A stretch of 64,000 bases of DNA from Lama glama (Eukaryota), in contig CM052818.1 in the NCBI GenBank assembly GCA_028534125.1, positions 23,624,001 to 23,688,000 on the forward strand, given 5' to 3'. This document shows, piece by piece, positions 38,561 to 52,926 of this stretch; position 1 is the stretch's first letter; every line of letters begins with the position of its first letter. The notes under the pieces are model-generated. The model did not search any database. It was not told the DNA's origin and worked only from the letters and a program-made list of their open reading frames with translations. A program made the position numbers and the translations under genes.

Positions 38561-40606
38561 TGAATATGCCTCCTTAGCTTAATTTGAGAATTCACCAAAA
38601 TAACCATGTCAGAGTAAACTAGGGGGAAAAAAAAAGGAACCATATTCAGATCCAGTCACAATGTTATCATAACATATTCAATTTATTATATATAATGTAT
38701 TATATTTATATTTTATAATAAATATATATAACGTTTACTTTAACATATATACATAAACATATATAAAAGATATAATATGTACCATTAGTCATTCCATTTT
38801 GCAATTCACTTATTTTTTTGTATATTTTATACAAATGAGAAAGGCTTCCAGTTTCTGCAACAGAAAATCATAAAAAGAGATTTATTCAAAGTGCCAGGGA
38901 AGAGGAACTATGAAAACATAAAGAACCATAAACCAAGGTTAGATGTTTCCTGCAAATCTCAGTCCTGCTTGGGATTAATAGTCACAAGAGCCACTGGCAG
39001 CTGAAATGGGCGTTTGATTTTTGAGGCTAGTACCACAGGGAGGCATGCTGGGATGGTGTTCTTCCCAGTGAATATTAAAATTAATAGAAATAAGACCCAC
39101 CTTTGGCTTGTGCAAGGAGACAGGACAAAGAGAAAGGAAGCGGGTTGAGGTGGTTTTAGCAGTTAGGTCTGTGTAAGTGCCAAGGACGTTGCTCTTCTTG
39201 GAAAAATCAGACTTGCTGTCTGATCGCTGCTCTGCGAAGCTAAGACAGGGGCCTTGCGCCCCTTTAATGTATAATGGTACCTTTCCATTTTCACTTCAGA
39301 TCTGAATTTTCCTTTTCTTGACATCTTATTAATTTATTCTTCTGGGGAGTCTTTCAAAGAAGGAAACTCATCTTGAGGGGAAAAAAAAATCAAGCCAAGT
39401 CCAACTGACTAAACTTTCCTAGTGCTTAATGCTGAAAAGCAAACCTTTCAAGTTTTTGCCAGTTGGCAGGAGTTTTAACGACAGGCTTCTAGGATCAAAG
39501 CAAACCATTTAACTTCTTTTAACAGTAAACTCGGTAGTGACTATTGACATGTAAAACACCCTCCAGGCAGAAACAGAAGTCTGAGATTAGTTGAGTATTA
39601 CCAAGTCTCCTGGGTGGAGGACAATTCCGTATACTTCCCAAAGCATCAGAACCCAGCGGAGAAGACAGCACATGTGATTGTTTGACTAGGAAACGCTGGG
39701 GAACAAGCACTTACACATCTCACAGTTGGTGTGGGAATTTAATGGCACAAAATGGTTTGCAGTCATTTGTTGAAATAGCAATAATTAACAATAAAAATGG
39801 AGCTACCGTGGAGAGGAAACAAACCTACAATGAATGTGTTTGCTTCTAAAAGGCACTGTTCCCTCTTGTGGTCAAGAGAGATGACTTTAAATAAGAGTGA
39901 AAGGCCAGGGAGTAGAGGGCACAGTCTCTCTTGTCCAGCCCCTACTTTGTCATCAAGATGCCATCTCTTTCCTCAAATCACTTATCTTCTCTGGGTCTCA
40001 GGTCTTCCACCTGTCAAGTGAGGTAGCAGATACAGTCTACCTCTAAAAACAAAAACTTTGCTTTTCTTGTTGGTTCTAAGGCTTATGTAGTAGAGAGAAA
40101 TGAAGAAAAACATGTATTCTGTATGACTGGGTTTATCAAGTTTTAGTGTGTGTCAGAAGGTGTAACACTATGGCCCTCCATCCCCAGGGATATTGGTTAG
40201 GTAGGTTTAGAACAAGATTCATTGCTCAGTATTTTAAGCAAGTACCCAAGATGAGCAAGTGATACCTAAGTGACATGTTCACAACAGGTTTTTTTTCTTT
40301 TTTCAGACCAAATTTTTCTTTCTCTCATATTTAGTCTAGCTACATAAATCTGTTCCTATTATCCTAGGATTGCAACTAAATTTGCAAAGCTTAAACAGTG
40401 GGTACCGTATTCTCTCTAAGTAGAAAGATTAAGAATGTTGACAGATCTCTGTCACACTTTCTAGAGGTTGGGGAATCCTACAAGCATCAGTTCCCTCTCT
40501 CTCACTGATTATGTAAGCAGAAGACTTGGAATTTGAGAATCTGGATAGTCAGACTCTGGGAACAGCGAGGGAGAATGAGGAGAGAGTTCTTCAAATCTAC
40601 TTATGC

Positions 40607-41105
40607 TGTATTTATTTTTTACCACTGCCATAACAAGTTATCATGAACTTAGTGACCTAAAACAACACAAATTTAGAGTTCAGAAATCTAAGGTAGGCCT
40701 CCCTGGCTAAGATTAAGGTGTCAGCAGGGCTGCATTCCTTTCTGGATGCTCCAGGAGAGAATCCATTCCTTTGCCTTTTCTAGTTGCTAGAGGCTGCCCA
40801 CGTTCCACTGTTCATGGTCCCCTTCCTTATCTTCAAAGACAATAATGTGGGTTGAGATCTTGTCTTATCCTAGCACTCTGACTCTTGTGCCTCTGTCTTC
40901 TACTTTCATGGAATCTTGTGATTATATTAGTTTTCTGGGTAATCCAGAATAATCTCCTTATTTTAAGGTTTTAAGGTCAGCTGATTAGTAACCTTAATTG
41001 CATCTGCAACCTTAATTCCCCTTTGCCATTTAATGCAACGTATTTAAAGGTTCTTGGAATTAAGATGTGGACGTTTTGGGGGAAGGCCAAATTCTACCTA
41101 CTACA
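40607..41105 (-). mobile_element. MLT1C-like MaLR solo LTR
   Basis: TGCCATAACAAGTTATCA..AAACAACACAAATTTA..AAGGTGTCAGCAGGGCTGCATTCCTTTCTGGA..GATTAGTAACCTTAATT..CCTACTACA. Confidence 0.92.
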
Positions 41106-43184
41106 CAAATCAAAAGAAGAGACTTCTATGAGAAACACTTTTCAAGACTGAGGAGTCTGTGAAAGGAGAGACTGGCACCCCCACCCTGGTTTCAGATATA
41201 CTTAATGGGTCAAGCCTACCCTGCACCTATCTGAGCAACGGAAAATAGAGTAAGTGGGGTGCCATGCTTATTTCAGTATTTCAGTATTTGATTTCAATGT
41301 TTAGATTATGTGTTTCATTAGAGAGGAATTATTTACATTACTCTTATGTAAAAATATAATTTCACTATGTCTTAGAACTTTAATCAGTCATGAACAGTGA
41401 CATGAACAAAAATCAGACTCCTGCATAAGATTTAGGTGGCCTTTACCTCTGTACAACATTGAAGGGATATGCTGTCTATCTTTTTGCCTTATTGTCAAGT
41501 TTTGGATAATTTTTCTGGCAATGTTTTTAAGAATAAGGAATGAAGAGTCAGATCTTGCTTGAAAGTAATGAAAGGAGGAAAAAGCAGTTTTTAACCTCAC
41601 TGAGTTCAAGTGTGATTAGCAGAAACACAGCAGAGATTTAAGATTATAAAGTGATGATGAAATAAGTCAGAGTTTAGGGCTGCATTTCCTGCAATGTGAC
41701 AAATGTGCTCTTCTCCAAAATAAATGTCTATGATATATGGGATGGTATTTCTGCACTGCTAACACCCAATGAAGCCTTTGTGCCAGGTTATACCAGACTC
41801 AATCAAATCAGTCATCTAACCTGAAATCTTCCATAATTACTACTACCCATTCCCTGATGAGAAGTATTTCCTTCCAGGATTGGTTCATATAAATAAAGTG
41901 CAAACCCCCCAATATTTGGCCATTATCACACTTTAAAAATGTCTTGCCTAGTGGATATATTTTGACATTTTTAATTCTATTTTTACTGACCAGAGTTTAG
42001 TTAAATGGCTTATTTTTCCTCATTGGACTCCAGATAACATTTTTTTTTACTTTGACGAGGTCTTTTCAGAAATAGTAGATGACCCAGTTTCTGACTTGGA
42101 GCTTATATTACCATGGACCTTGAAATGTGAAAAACATTTGAATAGAACAAAATTTGTCTAGCCACTAAAATGTCTAGTGTCTTTAACGTTACCTGTTTGT
42201 GAAAAATAATTTAAAAATAAATTTAACCACAATGGCATACTATTCTAGTACCTTCATGTAAGTTGTCAACATTGTTACAAAATTATTTTAAGTTATTTTT
42301 TTCTCAGGTGGGATTAGGTTAAAAAGATCTTATTGTTTCCTTTATCCTTCAGCCTGAAGAGTGACTTGTTGGGGTCTCTGGATCAAACAATAATTTCTGC
42401 TTTAAATTGGTTAGAGATCAAATGACTGCTCAGTCCTGCTTATGGATATCTTCTGATGAGACAAATTGTATGAAATAGTGACATTGAAATTTATCTATTT
42501 TTGAGTAGAGCTGAGAAAACAAAATAATGATGTAGTCTCCTTTGACCTGTTTAATCATCATTTGATGTGGACCAGTCCTTCATTTGATTTAACACCATGG
42601 GAAGCTTAGTTCATCATGATGACTATTATAAATATTCTTATTAAAAATTACTTAGCAAACAGCTGTTGGTTAACTGTAAACAATGGTTCGAACTTGGATA
42701 AAAATGAAATTCTAGATATCTTTAACAAGTAAACCTACTGTGGCTGAAATCCAGTGTTCATCTCAGTTTATATCTGGTTGAAACAAAGTGACGCATGGGC
42801 AGAATGCAATTATGGGTGATCTCTTTGCTGTTAGTCCCAGTCATGCCAATCTGATGTTGCTCACAAAATAATCTCAACACTTCTTTCTAACTAAAGCCTT
42901 GATGCTGAGACTTAGACATCAAGAGACATGGACTTGGACTTCAAAACATGGAGATTGGAGAGTCGTGTCTCACTCCTTTATTCCCAGTAGACCTGTGTTT
43001 TTATCTCATGCTGAATTCTACTCTCCTTTAATATCTCCCACTATTATAATCTTTTTGTTCCTCAATTTCCACCCAAGACACTCAGGATCTACCATCTTAG
43101 TTGTCCAATTGCCTGTGCCCATAACTTGTCCCTTTTCAATATTACTGCCTAGAGAACCCATATTTCTTTTAATCAGACAAGCCA

Positions 43185-43292
43185 TGTTCTGGAATCATGT
43201 GGAGGGTTTGTGAAAACAGGATGGTGGGCTCCACTCTCAAAGTTTCTGACTGAGTAGTTCTAGGGTAGGGACTGCACTTTGAGAACCACTGC
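43185..43292 (+). mobile_element. MER5A-like hAT-Charlie fragment
   Basis: GAATCATGTGGAGGGTTTGTGAAAACAG..GTTTCTGACTGAGTAG..CACTTTGAGAACCACTG. Confidence 0.8.
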
Positions 43293-43364
43293 TATCATAT
43301 GAATCCTGAGTCGTTCTGCATATACTAAGGAGGTCCCTGTAACTATTTTGATTTAGTTAATGAA

Positions 43365-46300
43365 GACTGTTAGTGAAGTAATATCAGCATTACAGCAGTG
43401 TAAGACAGCCCTTACTTTTGTGCCTACACTCAGTAACAGAAATTTGGCATCCATGTATGGGAAACACTTTTGAGGGAGCTGTGGGATCCAGAACCATCCC
43501 CCCAAGGGACCCTGGAGGAGTCTTGCTCATCTGTGCGTTGGGTAATAGGCAGATAGACCCCAGTCATGGCTGTGGACACTGCAAGGGGCCCATGAACTGC
43601 TTCAGCCCCTCATGGCTAAGGTCTGAGAGCCACTGGAGAACAATAACCTAGCAAACCACCCACAGATGAGAGAGACAGCCTTTGTGGTCATCCAGGTTTC
43701 AAGAGAAGTTCTGGTACTCAGCAGAAATTACGAGTTTGGATGCACTGGGGTAGGCAGTTAATAGAGACTGTAGGAGCTGTTACTTTGAATGCAAAGACAG
43801 TGACACAAAATTCCAAAAAACATGAAAAATGATGGGCACATGCCAATATTAAAAGATTATAATAATCTCTGGTAACTGAGCTCAAACACATGGAGATCTC
43901 TGATTTACTAGATAAAGGATTAAAAAGAAGCTGTTTTGAGGAAACTCAATAAGCTACAAGAAAACAGAAAGAAAATTAAATCAGGATAAAAAATAAATGA
44001 CCAAAACGAGAAGTTTAACAAAGAGATAGAAATAATAAAAAAGAACCAAGCAAATTCTGGAGCTGAAGAATACAATGAATGAAATGAATAAAATCAATAG
44101 ATAACATTAGCATCAGATTTGATCAAGCAAAAGAAAGATTCGGTGAGATTAAAGATAGGAACTTTAAAGTATCTGGTCAGAGGAGAACAAAGGGAAAAAA
44201 TGAAAAAGAGTGAAGAAAGCCTACATGGTCTTGGGGTACCATCAAAAGGATGAATTTGCTAATTATTTAAGTTCCAGAAGCAGAAGGAGGAGAGAAGGGA
44301 TCAGAGAACACTTTTAAATAAATAATGACTGAGAACTTCCCAAATTGGGAAGAGATTTGGGTAGCAAATTTCATGGAGCTCATAGATCATCAAACAAAAT
44401 CAACTTAAAGAGATAATCTCTGTGACACATTGCAAGAGACTATTTAGAAAAATTGAGAAAAAAGAGAGAATCTTAGCAGCAAGAGAACAGAAATTTGTAA
44501 ATTACAAGGCAGCCCCCATACGGCTATCAGCAGATTTCTCAGCAGAAATCTTACAGGCCAAAAGAGAGTGATATGATATATTCAAAGTGCTGAAAGAAAG
44601 GGAAAAAAAGAAAAAGAAAAAGAAAAAAAAAAAACCAACCCTGCCAACCAAGACTACTGTATCTGGCAAAGCTGTCCTTCAGAAATAAAGGTAAGGACTT
44701 TCCCAGACCAACAAAAGCCAAAGAAATTAATCACCACTAGACCTGCCTTCCAAGAAGTATTAAATGAATTCTTCAGGCTGAGATGAAAGTATACCAATTA
44801 ATAACATGAAAACATATAAAATATACAATATACTATTAAAGATAAGTATATGGTTAAATTCAGAATACTCTAATACTGCAGTATAGTGTATTGTTAATCA
44901 CTTTAGTAAAAAGGTTAAAGAACAAGGGTATTAAAACCAGAGCTATTATAATAATTTGTTAATGAACATATACTACAGAAAGATTTATAACTGTGAAATC
45001 AAAAATATAAAAGGGGGGAGGAAAAGGGTAGAGTTTTTGAACAACAAATAGGTCAAAGAAGAAATCAAATGAGAACTTAAAAAAGTCTTGAAACAAATGG
45101 AAATAGAAACACAACATACCAAAACCACAGGATTCTGTAAAAGCAGAGTTGTAAGAGGGGAGTTTGTAGTGATAAATAGCCTATATTAAGAAATAAGAAT
45201 GATCTCAAGTAAACAACCTAAATTTATACCTCAAGAACTAGAAAAGGAAGAACAAAGTAAGCCCAAAGTTAGCAGAAGGATGGAAACAACAAAGATCAGA
45301 GCAGAAATAAATGGAATAGAGACCAGAAGAACAATAGAAAAGATCAAAACAAGAAGCAAAAGCTGGATTTTTTGAAAACATAAAATTGACAAACCTTTAC
45401 TTGACTAACTAAAAGGGAAGACTGAAGTGAAAAGAGTCAGAAATGAAAGAGAGATTGCAACTGATACCACAGAGTTACAAAGGATTATAAAAGATTCCTG
45501 TGAACAGTTACACACCAATAAACTGGATAACCCAGAATAAATGGGCAAATTCCTAGAAACATGCAGCCTACCAAGACTAAAACCAAGAAGAAGTAGGAAA
45601 TTCTGAACAGATCAATAACAAATAAGGGAATAGAATCAGTAACTGAAAACCTACCAACAAAAGAAGGCACAGGAACAGATGTTTTATTGGTGAATTCTGC
45701 CAGACTCACAAAGAATTAATGCCATTCCTCCTCAAGCTATTCCAAAAACTGAAGAAGAGGGAACCCTCTCAAATTTATTTTGTGAGGCCGGTATTACCCT
45801 GATGCTAAAGTGAGATAAGAGCACTGAAAGAAAAGAAAACTGCAAACCAATACTCCTGATGAATATAGATGGGGAAATTTGCAATAAAATTTTAGCAAAG
45901 TGAATTCAACAGGACATTAAAAGGATCATACACCACAGCCAGGTTGGATTTATTGTTGGGATGCAAGGACTGTACAACATGTGAAAATCCGCAAATGTAA
46001 TATTCCTCATTAATGATATGAAAGATGAAAATCATATGATCATCTTAAATACAGAAAAAGCATTTGACAACTTTTTTTTTTCATTTCAAAAATGTTCAAC
46101 AAGTTGGGTATAAAGGGAGCACACTTCAACAAAATATAAAAGCCATGTATGACAAACCTATAGCTAACATTATACTCAATGTTGAGATCTTAAAAGCTTT
46201 TACTTTAAGATTAGGAACAAGACAGGGGTATCCACGCTCATCACTCCTTTTCAGCATAATACTAGAAATCCTAGCCAGGGCAATCAGACAAGAAAAAGAA

Positions 46301-46808
46301 ATAAAAAGCATCAAAATTAGAAAGGAAGGAGTAAAATCATCTTTGTTTGCAGATGATCTTATATGTATAAAATCCTAAACACTCCACCAAAAATCTGTTA
46401 GCACTAATAACTGAATTCAGTAAAGTTGCAGAATACAAAATCAACATACAGAAATCAGTTGTGTTTCTACACACTAACAGTGAAATGTGTGAAAAAGAAC
46501 CAAAGAAAACAGTCCCATTTACAATAGCATCAAAAGCAATAAAATACTTAGGAATAAATTCTAAGCAATGTGATGAAAGTTCTCTACATTGAAAACTACA
46601 AGACTTTGATGAAAGAAATTGATGAAGACTCAAACAAATGGAAAGATATCTCATGTTCATGGATTGGAAGAATTAATACTGTTAAAATGTCCATATTACT
46701 CAGAGGCATCTACATATTTAGTACAATCTCTGTTAAAATTCCAAAGGCATTTTTCACAGAAATAGAACAAATAATTCTAAAATTTGTATGGACCCACAAA
46801 AGACCTTA
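43365..46808 (+). mobile_element. Long L1 (5'UTR, ORF1, ORF2 RT), lacking the endonuclease segment and 3'-truncated
   Basis: ORF1 motifs (GAGAACTTCCCAAAT, ATCAGCAGATTTCTCAGCAGAAA, TTCAAAGTGCTGAAAG). ORF 46064-46378 has [31 protein letters not shown] 46570-46809 has [15 protein letters not shown]. Many stops and frameshifts. Confidence 0.95.
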
Positions 46809-46809
46809 A

Positions 46810-47260
46810 CACAGATCCTTTCCTCTCCTTGAAATTTTTTCAGTTACTGTGAAGTACTCCTTAGATGGCATCAGCCCTCCCTTGCTTTTGGGCCTCAGTG
46901 CCTGTTAATCCCTTTGTTAGATCCTTTTCCTCTTTCTTTGAAAGGCGTGGTCTTAATTTATACTAAGGCTTACTAAGCCAAGACATTGCTCCTGGAAAGA
47001 TTTCCCTACGTTCTCTTCTCCTGGGCTACGTTGATTCTTGCCCCCATGTCTTTGGATGAACTAACTGTTCTTTCTCTTTCCTTCAACCTTTATAAGCTTG
47101 GATTTGGTTATTTATTAACTTTCTGATTTCTCAGTACTATCAGCTTCTTGATGGACAGCCTTTGATCTTATTTACCTCTCAGTTCTCAGCATCTAGCACA
47201 CTTTTTTTTTTAGAATATTGTGAGTGATCAGAAATGATTTTGGAATGTGTTGAATTGAAA
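46810..47260 (+). mobile_element. L2 fragments including the 3' end
   Basis: CTCCTTGAAA, CTTCTTGATGGACAG..TTCTCAGCATCTAGCACAC, GAATGTGTTGAATTGAA. Confidence 0.6.
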
Positions 47261-47339
47261 GAGTAGAAAGCATGGTTGTTATTTAGGTCAGTGTATTTTG
47301 ATGATGATAATAATCTTGATGATGATGATGACATAACAA

Positions 47340-47820
47340 TGGGGATAATGATGTAGCTATGGTAATTGAGTAAATATTTTGTGTCAGGTGATTTGTATAT
47401 TGAATTCTCATTGACTTCTCTCAACAATTCTGTAAGGATAATATTTTTTCATCCTTGTTTTAGAGATAGTAAGTCTGAGCTTCAGAAGGAAATCACATAA
47501 ATTTCCCTCAAATGTTGAATAATAGATTCATTTTCAAATAGTACATAGTAGATTTAGGTTTCCAGCAAAATCTGTCTAACTTTTGGGTCCAATTTTTCCT
47601 AATGTGCCCTGGAATTTGAATCAGAAGAACTGGATGAGTTTTACTTTTTGCTACAGTTCCTATTAGGTTAGAGAAGTTGAGCCAGTGAGCATTTGTTTGA
47701 GTCTTTTTCATCCATGAAATGGGATGATTGTTCCTGCCTTGTATGTATCATAGGGCTTTTACAAAGATTGAATGAGCAGAAGATGTAAATATCTTTTATT
47801 CATAAGCTGTAATAATTTTT
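47340..47820. mobile_element. Two MIR fragments in opposite orientations
   Basis: CTCAACAATTCTGTAAGG..TTTTAGAGATAGTAAGTCTGAG (-) and GAGTCTTTTTCATCCATGAAATGGGATGAT (+). Confidence 0.7.
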
Positions 47821-49729
47821 ATTTTAAAACTGTATCAGCATATGTTGTCATCATAAATAATATCCAAAAATATAATACTACTACTTTTTTTCTAAAGCTA
47901 CACTTTTGGTAAGTTCACCACAAAAGACAACACAGCAAATGATATAAAATGAGGTTATGTTGTATATAGGCTATAAACTCTAAAAAGAGAAGAAAAGTGT
48001 GTTTCCAGAATTGATTTTTAGATGCTGGCAATTTGAAATGTGATCACTGATTTTCTAGGTCCTACCTTCCATTCTGATATTCCTGACTATTCAACTCTTG
48101 TGGAAATTTCCATGCTGTTTTATGTAGTTATTTTTTGTTGGGTAAGGACTGACATGAGATATGTATAGCCACATCTAAGGATGAGTTTGAGGTGAAGAGA
48201 GATGAAATCCAGGCAGTGTGGCTCTGTCCCAGAAGTCACATAATAATATCAGGGGCTGAAAACGTTGGCCTGAGCCTTTGGCCAATATAAATGTACACTT
48301 CTCTTTAGTTCTTACTATTCAGTGTAATTGGTTCTTTTAGGAAATGGCTTTTTAGAATCCTCTCACCAAAGGATGAAATTCCTTAGCCATTCTAAATGGT
48401 GTCAAAATGACATTTCTATAACATTAAGAAAATGAGAATAACCAACAACAACCCAAGGATTTCCAAAGAAAATCTGGAAACTGATGATTACATGTAGCCT
48501 GCATTATGTTTAACAACAGAACATCTTTAAGGAACAGAGAAAAAACTCCTTTGATTTTTGTTTTACTTGGTAGCTAAAGAGATTGGAGAAATCATTCTAA
48601 CCATAAAATAGAGAGCCTTTGCAAATCAGCAGAAAGAAAATAAAAAGCACTATCAGAAGGGAATGCTCTATACTGATCTATTTTGTCTTCAAATTTATCT
48701 CCATGGAAAACACTCTGTCTCCTTTAGACACAGACATTCACTCTCCTTGGCTGCTTCACAGTTCTGGCCTTGTAGGTGTTTGGAAACAGATAAATCAGAA
48801 AGAGCTTAAGCATTCAAATGGCTATATAGCATTATGTCTGCCATAAGTTAAAAGCCATTATGCAACTGCTTTATAAATACTGGCAGCACTCACCTGAGGT
48901 TGAAACATAATTTTTCCTCCAGAATATATATTTGTTTGATTTGCATGATACTCAGCTGCTGATACTCCTGGGACATATGTGTTTATATAAGGGTGTGTGT
49001 GCATGTGTGTGTAAATGTATGTGAGACACCAGACTATTCACTGGATTAGTTAATGATAGACAATACTAGTAGTTGAATGTGCTCTTTAAAAACACATTCT
49101 AATATTTCAATATTGCATCATTCTTTTGCTGCTTTGAACACATTGTTTTTTCATATATGTGGAAAATGCAGTGGTCTTTTGCAGTGATTTCAGTGGTTCA
49201 AGAAAAGAGCACTTTTTATTCTCAAACTACTTCCCTCTGGTACTGATAACGGAAATTGCTATCCTGGGAGTGAAATAAGATATTCCATATACAGAGACGC
49301 AAGTTTTAAAGACAGTCACTCTAGGAGCAGCTATGTAACTTCTTATATCCATTCAGATCAGAATGTAAATATCAATCTTTTGACTTTTCTTGAGGCTGGG
49401 AGAATGCAAGAGTCAGCAGAAAATAATGGAAAAACTCCTCTATGATTATGCAGCCTTGCCCACAACTGTTATACCTCTGTTATCTAACAAAGTATGCATG
49501 AAGAATATTGACTAAATTTCTTAATGCATTAGTAATTTAGTCTTTTACTAAGATGTCCCAGTGTATTATAGACATACTTGTTTGTACATAGAGAGATAGA
49601 GCTGACATGCAGAGAGTGTTTCATATCGAAAGTCACACAGCAACATCCAGTATTGATTTTTTAACAAACTCTTTTAGGACTTCAAAGAAGTTACAAAGCC
49701 AAACAGCAATACCCAACACTGAATTTTGA

Positions 49730-51040
49730 AACATTCTTTTAGAATTTTAAAGATGTTTCACACTCTCTGCTGTCCTCCAAGTTTCTGATGAGTATTTGAC
49801 CTTCAATCAAACCCCTTTTTTGCCAGTATGTAATGTGTGTGTGTTTTCTTGCTACTTTTAGACTTTGTTCTTTATCTTTCATGTTCAGTAGTTGGACCAC
49901 AATATGGCTCAATATGGTTTATTTATTTACTTACTTGATGCTTGCTGATAATTCACATCTAAAATTTTGTCTTTTGACAAATTTAGGAAATTATTGGTAT
50001 TATTTTGTGAAATAAATATATATTTGTCCCATTCTCTTTTTTTTTTTTTTTGCTTTGTGAGTATCAATTACACATATGTTGGACTGTTTGATACTATCTA
50101 CTAAGCCCTGAGGTTCTGTTCACAGTTTTATATCTTTTTTTCTGTTTTTTTTCATATTGAATGATTTCTGTTCTATAAGAACTCACTCACTCTTTCCTTT
50201 GTCATTTATATTAAAGTGTTCAGTCCATCTAAGAAATTTTTAATTGCAGATAATACATTTTTCATTCTTGAGTTCCATTAATTCTTTTTATCAAAAATTA
50301 TTTTTTTCTGTTGAGATTTTGTCTTTCCATTCTTTGAAAGTATATAGTTCCTCTTTTTTAAAAAAAAGTTGAGGATAATTGTCATAGCGAGTTTAAAATC
50401 CTTGTCTCCTGGTTCCAACATCTAATTCTTCTTCAGGTCAGTCTCATACCATATTCTCAGATATTTACTCTTTTGAATATGTTTTATTTCCCTTGTCATT
50501 TGTACATTGGGTAATTTTGTATTATATTCTGGACATTGAGAAAATTAATTTGTAGAGAATACAATTCTGTTTTTATCTTGAGTGAGTATTATTTGTTTTG
50601 TTTAGCAGGCAATTAACTTGTTTGGACATGGACTTTGTGGGGGGCAGGAAGTTCAATCTAAATTTAACTTTTTGGTCTTTAGCTGAGTTGCTTTGAATCT
50701 GTTTCTCACATAAGTGGTTCCAAGGCCAGTGAGAAAGTAGGTATACAGAATTTTAGAATTTCGTCTATTTCTCTTATTTTTCTTTGATTCCTCCATTCTT
50801 CTCTGTGACTGTAATTTCTCCAAGTGCAGTTTTCTCATCAGCACACTTTGCCAACTTGCATGTTGCACCTACTGAAATTGGCCTCAGGTTAAAAGTCATG
50901 AAAATGGGGTTCACTTCATACAATGCTCCTCCCCAAAACAATTTTTTCAGGTTGCTGATTTTGGCATTATGCTCACATTTTATAGTTGTTTTATGAAGAC
51001 TTATTTTGATAGGGTATTACTCCATTCTTATCTGAAGTAG
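49730..51040 (-). mobile_element. Old L1 ORF1/5' region
   Basis: TTTCTGATGAG, CAATTACACATATGTTGGACTGTTTGATACT, CTGAGGTTCTGTTCA, TTTAAAATCCTTGTCT; antisense counterpart of 35090-36230. Confidence 0.8.
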
Positions 51041-52926
51041 ATATTGATAGTTTTTTTCTAAAGTAATTGTTAAAATATTTTTGTTGTGCTAAAGGAACAG
51101 ATGAAGCATATTTATTGTATGCAATTTATCTACTGGATAGCATAACATAGGCACAGAAAAATTAGCAAATTTGTAATCATTTTTCTCTTATGAAAATCGA
51201 ATGTTAAATACCTCTTTAGGTTTAACATCTTTTAGTACTCTACCATGGAATAACCAGTGTACAGTTGTGTGATATGAAAGATTTTCATAATCTTTCCCAT
51301 AATATTGCACAGCAGTATAAAGATTCTACTTTATTTGAAAGATCTTGTTCTTTATAGAATAATCCACATTAGTGATATCCTATAAAATTTTACATATTCT
51401 TGCCAATTATTTACTGTAATAATGGGATATAAATGATTTGATAAATGAACTGTGTGTTGAGTGCTGTATCTGTGGCCATGTATTAGTTTCTTTTAAACTC
51501 TGTCTAAACAACTTCTCATTCATGTTTTTCCATGTTTTAATCCCCCCCCCCCGAATTGTTCTCATTAAGTGAGTTATTTACAATGAGAAATAGGTTTTTC
51601 CCAATACATACGAATATGCTATTCAGTTCTCTATGAAACAAGTTATTTCTGAATTTTGTCTTTGAAAAAGAATCTAGCTGTGTTAGGCCTTGTTAACATT
51701 ATCAGTACTTTCAGCTAACTATGGAAGGAAATGCCCATATAGCATAAATTTTTTTCAAATATTATTTTCTTGTTACCTTATTTAGTATTTACTTGAATCT
51801 TCTAAGATTTTTTACCTAGAGAAGGTATTTAAATTCTGATCATTTTTCCTACTTATGATTTCACCCAATTTTAACATAGTATCAAGAACAAATGTTTCCT
51901 CAATGATATATAGATATATATCTTTTTAGTTATAATGAGAAATTTCATAAAAATATTTTGTTTAGTATTTGTAAATGATCACATTATAGTGAACACTGAT
52001 GGGGGAGAATGTTGTGATTTTTCTTTATAACCTAAATGCTTACGTTTTAAATATATTGCTAATTGTGATGGCTTCATGTTATCATTAGTTAGAGGGTAAA
52101 TAGAGTAGTTTCACTATAATGCTCAGAACAATATCATCTTTTCTTGATAATCATGACTGTGCTTTCATTAACTATCTTGGAAATAAGAAACATCTAGAAA
52201 GAAACAGTTTATTGTCAAATGAACTTCCATAACTAGTTAAAAAATTAGGGTTAACAGGGTTCTTTATTTCCTAAATTGACGATATGCTTTTTCTTTATTT
52301 TTGAAAAAGCAATGAAACATAGTCCAGTGAAAGAATCCTTAGGCTTGTTCCAGTCTTCTAAAAGCCATAGAAAACCACATCACTGCTTAGATATAATGTT
52401 ACCAATTTAATACAGTGTTGCATGTATCTGGAAGACAGATGTTTATCCTGATTAGCTTTGATTTGGCAACATATTTTTCCAAATATGTCTGGGATTCTGC
52501 ATTTTCTTGATATAACTGGACCTTTGGGGGAACCTAGAAGATTGAAAATAATACACATTCAATCCATATCTAGGGAAACTTTTTGCTGAGCTCAGAAATG
52601 GCAATAATTAGTGTCAAGGGGACATAAACATCAGTTGTCAAATATGATTATAATTCTTGCAGTGTTATACAAGGATATTGAAGAGTATTTTTTATGAAAA
52701 TACCTTGATATCCCAAAGGAATGAAATTAAATTTATTGAAATTTTGCTTAAAACTGAGGGAAAAACCCATAAATTGAAAGAAGAGGAACTTATTTTAATT
52801 TGATGGTTAACTGCAAAGACAATACAAAGAAGCCCTCTTGTTAAACAAGGGTACGAGTTAAAAATGCACGGAGCTTTACACTGGAGGAAGACAAAGGGCT
52901 ATTGTCCGTTAATCTGATGTTGGAAT

